This document shows positions 16,488-19,394 of a DNA stretch of 19,394 nt, one piece after another (the stretch's first letter is position 1; every line of letters begins with the position of its first letter). The notes under the pieces were generated by a model. The model had not been told where the DNA came from, made no database searches, and saw only the letters and a program-made list of their open reading frames with translations. A program made the position numbers and the translations under genes. The DNA comes from Acidobacteriota bacterium (GTDB taxonomy: Bacteria; Acidobacteriota; Thermoanaerobaculia; Multivoradales; UBA5704), in assembly GCA_040005235.1 (NCBI GenBank), contig JBDTZG010000082.1, positions 1 to 19,394 on the forward strand. Direction: 5' to 3'.

Positions 16488-17858
16488 CTAGGGATTGTCG
16501 TGCGGATTTTCTTTTTCCTGCGCCGCCATCGCTTTGCGCAGGCTGAGCGGGCGCATGTCGACCCAGACCTCCTTGATGTAGGCGAGGCACTCCTTCTGGG
16601 TTCCGGTCTTGTCGACGCCCTTCCAGCCGTCGGGAATCTTCTCGCCCTCCGGCCAGATGGAGTACTGCTCTTCGCCGTTGATGACGACTTGAAAGCGCGG
16701 CGCCGACTCTGAAGTGTAGGTCCCGGCAGGCCCTAAGGGAGCGAAGTCGTAACCCGAGATCATGGTTCCCGGGGGCACGTCTTTGATCGAGAGAGCGACC
16801 TGGCCCAGGTGTGAAATGTGAACCATGGCTGAGACGGTGTCGAAATTCGTGACCTTCCCTTCGCCACCCAGCATCGGGGCATGCTGCCAACTGTAGACCT
16901 GTCCCGCCTGCGGGCGAAAACCCAGGTCGCGCAAGGCGAGCAGCGTACTGACGTGAAAGACAGTCGGAAGGTGGATCGCGATCCCTTCGAGCGACTCGGC
17001 CTCAGTGTCGACAAACTCTTCGTACCTCGCCGAGCCCGTATCGAGCCAGTGGATGTGGCCGTCGGGCGTTTGAAGGAAAAGGTCCCCGAAGACGGTGACA
17101 CGGAAGAGTTTCGCGTCCGGCCCGACGAGCCATCGCCAATCCGCGAGCGCCGCCTCCCGCTGCTCGGCCGGGAGCTCGACAAACAGCTCGGCCCAGGAAG
17201 CGCGGAGAGCCTCCGGACCGCCCTTTTCTGCAACGAACCGCGCCCTGGCTTCTCGGCTCACGTTGGCGAGAACGAGATTGGTTTCATACAACAGGGGCTG
17301 GGCGCCAAAGAGATTGGGATCGAATCCGGACTGCCAGGGAAACAAGGCTTCTTTATCGGGCCAGACCACTTGCAGGACCGGGAAGTCGTCCGTCTGGTAA
17401 AAAGCCATCGCCGTGCCCACGAACTCTACGTACCAAGAGCTGTTGACCTTGCGCAAAGCGCCGGAGAATTTGCCGAAGAGACCATCGTAGGTTTTTCCGG
17501 CTGCGAAGGTCTCGCCGGCCGCGATGCGCTTCGCCATCGCGGCCACACGGCCGGACACCTCCAGCGGATCTCCCGGTGCGAAAAGCAGAAGCTCAGGATG
17601 GTGGTAGCTCTTCCATAACCCGATGGTAAAGACAAACCCCGGTGATGAACCCTCGCCACGCACCGCCACCATGTGCCAGCCAACGCGTTTGACGTCACGT
17701 TTGGCTCGCTCGACCGCCTCATTGCCCAGGGACTCGATTCCGCTCCGTTTCGGATCGGCCGAAGCCTTACTTTCGGAGCCTGCCCGGCCTCGAAGAGCAA
17801 AGGCTGCCACGATCCCCGCGATCACCACGAGGACGACAAGGATGGATATTCGGGTCAT
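16488..17858 (-). CDS. Fusion protein: TM/signal + DUF4262 + Tdi1/DUF1851-like + MbtH-like domain (456 aa)
   Basis: aa 55-190 GWHMVAV..FVFTIGL..HPEL..QVVWPD..FPW; aa 222-367 [30 protein letters not shown]; aa 388-444 [34 protein letters not shown]; GGAG RBS. Confidence 0.88.
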   Translation of the reverse strand: MTRISILVVLVVIAGIVAAFALRGRAGSESKASADPKRSGIESLGNEAVERAKRDVKRVGWHMVAVRGEGSSPGFVFTIGLWKSYHHPELLLFAPGDPLEVSGRVAAMAKRIAAGETFAAGKTYDGLFGKFSGALRKVNSSWYVEFVGTAMAFYQTDDFPVLQVVWPDKEALFPWQSGFDPNLFGAQPLLYETNLVLANVSREARARFVAEKGGPEALRASWAELFVELPAEQREAALADWRWLVGPDAKLFRVTVFGDLFLQTPDGHIHWLDTGSARYEEFVDTEAESLEGIAIHLPTVFHVSTLLALRDLGFRPQAGQVYSWQHAPMLGGEGKVTNFDTVSAMVHISHLGQVALSIKDVPPGTMISGYDFAPLGPAGTYTSESAPRFQVVINGEEQYSIWPEGEKIPDGWKGVDKTGTQKECLAYIKEVWVDMRPLSLRKAMAAQEKENPHDNP

Positions 17859-17962
17859 CGGTGGCTCCGAAAGTCGTTTCGTCAGGAGGAGACACCTTCG
17901 GGAGGAATTCGTGGGAGACCCCGAGGCCGGAGCCTCCTCAGAATTCTGTTCGACGGCTTGGA

Positions 17963-18460
17963 TCAGTCAAGCTGGCCGGAGGCCGCGACGACGATCTTCT
18001 TGCTCGTTCGGCCGTCCTGGCTGCCGTAGGCCTCGACCTTTTTGACCACGTCCAGCCCCTCGGTGACTTGGCCGAAGACCACGTGTTTGCCGTCGAGCCA
18101 GGCGGTCTTGGCGGTGGTCAGGAAGAACTGTGAGCCGTTGGTGTTCGGCCCGGCGTTCGCCATCGAGAGGATTCCCGGCCCGGTGTGCTTGAGCTGGAAG
18201 TTCTCGTCCGCGAACTTGGCGCCGTAGATCGATTTGCCGCCGGTGCCGTTGTGGTTGGTGAAGTCGCCGCCCTGGCACATGAAGTTCGGGATGACGCGGT
18301 GAAACGTGCTGCCCTGGAATCCGAAACCCGGCTCGCCGGTGCAGAGAGCGCGGAAGTTTTCGGCGGTTTTCGGAACGACGTCGGCCGCCAGTTCCATGAC
18401 GATGCGGCCCAGGGGCGCGCCGTCGGCTTCAATGTCGAAGAATACGCGTGGATTGCTCAT
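17963..18460 (-). CDS. Cyclophilin-type peptidyl-prolyl cis-trans isomerase (165 aa)
   Basis: [66 protein letters not shown]; start at ATG 18460. Confidence 0.97.
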   Translation of the reverse strand: MSNPRVFFDIEADGAPLGRIVMELAADVVPKTAENFRALCTGEPGFGFQGSTFHRVIPNFMCQGGDFTNHNGTGGKSIYGAKFADENFQLKHTGPGILSMANAGPNTNGSQFFLTTAKTAWLDGKHVVFGQVTEGLDVVKKVEAYGSQDGRTSKKIVVAASGQLD

Positions 18461-18513
18461 GGCACGGGAGACTACCATCCTCAATCCCGCGCCCGCCACC
18501 CGGGGCGACCCGC

Positions 18514-19394
18514 CTATTCCGAAAAGCGTGTGAACGATTTCCCGTCGAAACGGTACAAGCCCGTATTTCGGGTGCCCACCCAGATGTTGCTATCCCGGTC
18601 CTCGACCGCGCACCAGGCGAAGAAGTTGCCCATGCCTTCTGCCGTGGAGAAGTTGCGGAAAGCTTTGCCGTCGTAGCGCCATATCCCCGTCTTGCTTTCA
18701 AAGCCGTTGTCGTCTTCCACGCCGCTGAACCAAATGTTCCCCGATCGATCCACCAGCAGGGGCTCGCCGAGCTCAAGAGGTTCTGTCTGACGGGAAAACA
18801 CCTTTCCATCGTAAAGCCAAACCCCCTGGTTTCGGGTGCCCACCCAAAGGACTCCCCGGGAATCCTCTTTCACGGTTCGAATCCACTTCGCTCCCCCGGG
18901 ATTGAATTGTTGGATGGAGGATCCATCGAAGCGGCACAGGCCTTCCATCCCTGGAGGCATCCCGGAGGCAAACCAGATGTTTCCGTGCCGGTCTTCGAGG
19001 ATGTCATCGACCATTTTAAGCTGCAGTCCGGTCGGATTCTGAACCGTGGCTTGCCCCAAGAATGGAAAGATGACTCCGTCCTTGTAACACAGCACGCCCT
19101 CGCCCGTGCCAATCCAGATCGTTCCCCTCTTGTCCTCCAGCAGGCTCCACACGGCAGCCTTTCCGGTAAAGGCCCCGTTTGGGGAGGACATGTTGAGTAC
19201 GGGCCACCCTGGGGCGGACGAGATCGGAACGCTACTGATGCTCTTCCCATCGTACCGAGAGAGTCCGGAGTCCGTCCCGAACCAAATTCTTCCCTGCCTG
19301 TCTTCCAAGATGGACCAAACCGTGTTGCTGCTGAGCCCATCCTGAACTGTGTACTGAGTGAAGCTTTTTCCATTGAAGCGATACACGCCTTCTC
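18514..19394 (-). CDS. Two-component-regulator-type beta-propeller repeat protein, 5' partial
   Basis: Repeated ILEDxxGxIWxGT...GLxRYDGKSF blades and [11 protein letters not shown]; the frame stays open to the window edge. Confidence 0.92.
   Translation of the reverse strand, partial: EGVYRFNGKSFTQYTVQDGLSSNTVWSILEDRQGRIWFGTDSGLSRYDGKSISSVPISSAPGWPVLNMSSPNGAFTGKAAVWSLLEDKRGTIWIGTGEGVLCYKDGVIFPFLGQATVQNPTGLQLKMVDDILEDRHGNIWFASGMPPGMEGLCRFDGSSIQQFNPGGAKWIRTVKEDSRGVLWVGTRNQGVWLYDGKVFSRQTEPLELGEPLLVDRSGNIWFSGVEDDNGFESKTGIWRYDGKAFRNFSTAEGMGNFFAWCAVEDRDSNIWVGTRNTGLYRFDGKSFTRFSE

Noticed and set aside
16488-16700. NRPS biosynthetic cluster implied by MbtH
   Set aside because: No adenylation, condensation or carrier domains in the window.
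17963-18460. Eukaryotic contamination or recent transfer because the cyclophilin resembles CypA
   Set aside because: CypA-like cyclophilins are known in bacteria; codon usage and context match the host.

Overview
High-GC bacterial window (sampled lines 67-77% GC; gene content suggests Acidobacteriota/Thermoanaerobaculia, inference only). From left to right: a tRNA-Val(GAC) cut by the window edge; a DUF5678-like gene with the C-terminal remnant of a clan AA aspartic protease; a 23-unit degenerate 21-bp tandem array; a small membrane protein; a 55-aa double-glycine, lanthipeptide-like precursor missing from the ORF track; a nucleotidyltransferase plus small partner; then a minus-strand run of alpha-2-macroglobulin (intact CTEQ), membrane-anchored TPR-CHAT caspase-like protease, an unknown 350-aa protein and a Nal1-like trypsin-fold protease. 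The last two genes and the 3' end of the CHAT gene have markedly lower GC. The right end holds a DUF900 alpha/beta hydrolase, an unusual TM-DUF4262-Tdi1/DUF1851-MbtH fusion, a cyclophilin and a partial beta-propeller gene. Best candidates for undescribed biology: the CHAT/unknown/trypsin module with a compositional break inside the CHAT domain, the MbtH fusion, the orphan RiPP precursor and the 21-bp array. All family calls come from motif recognition by eye; no searches were run.
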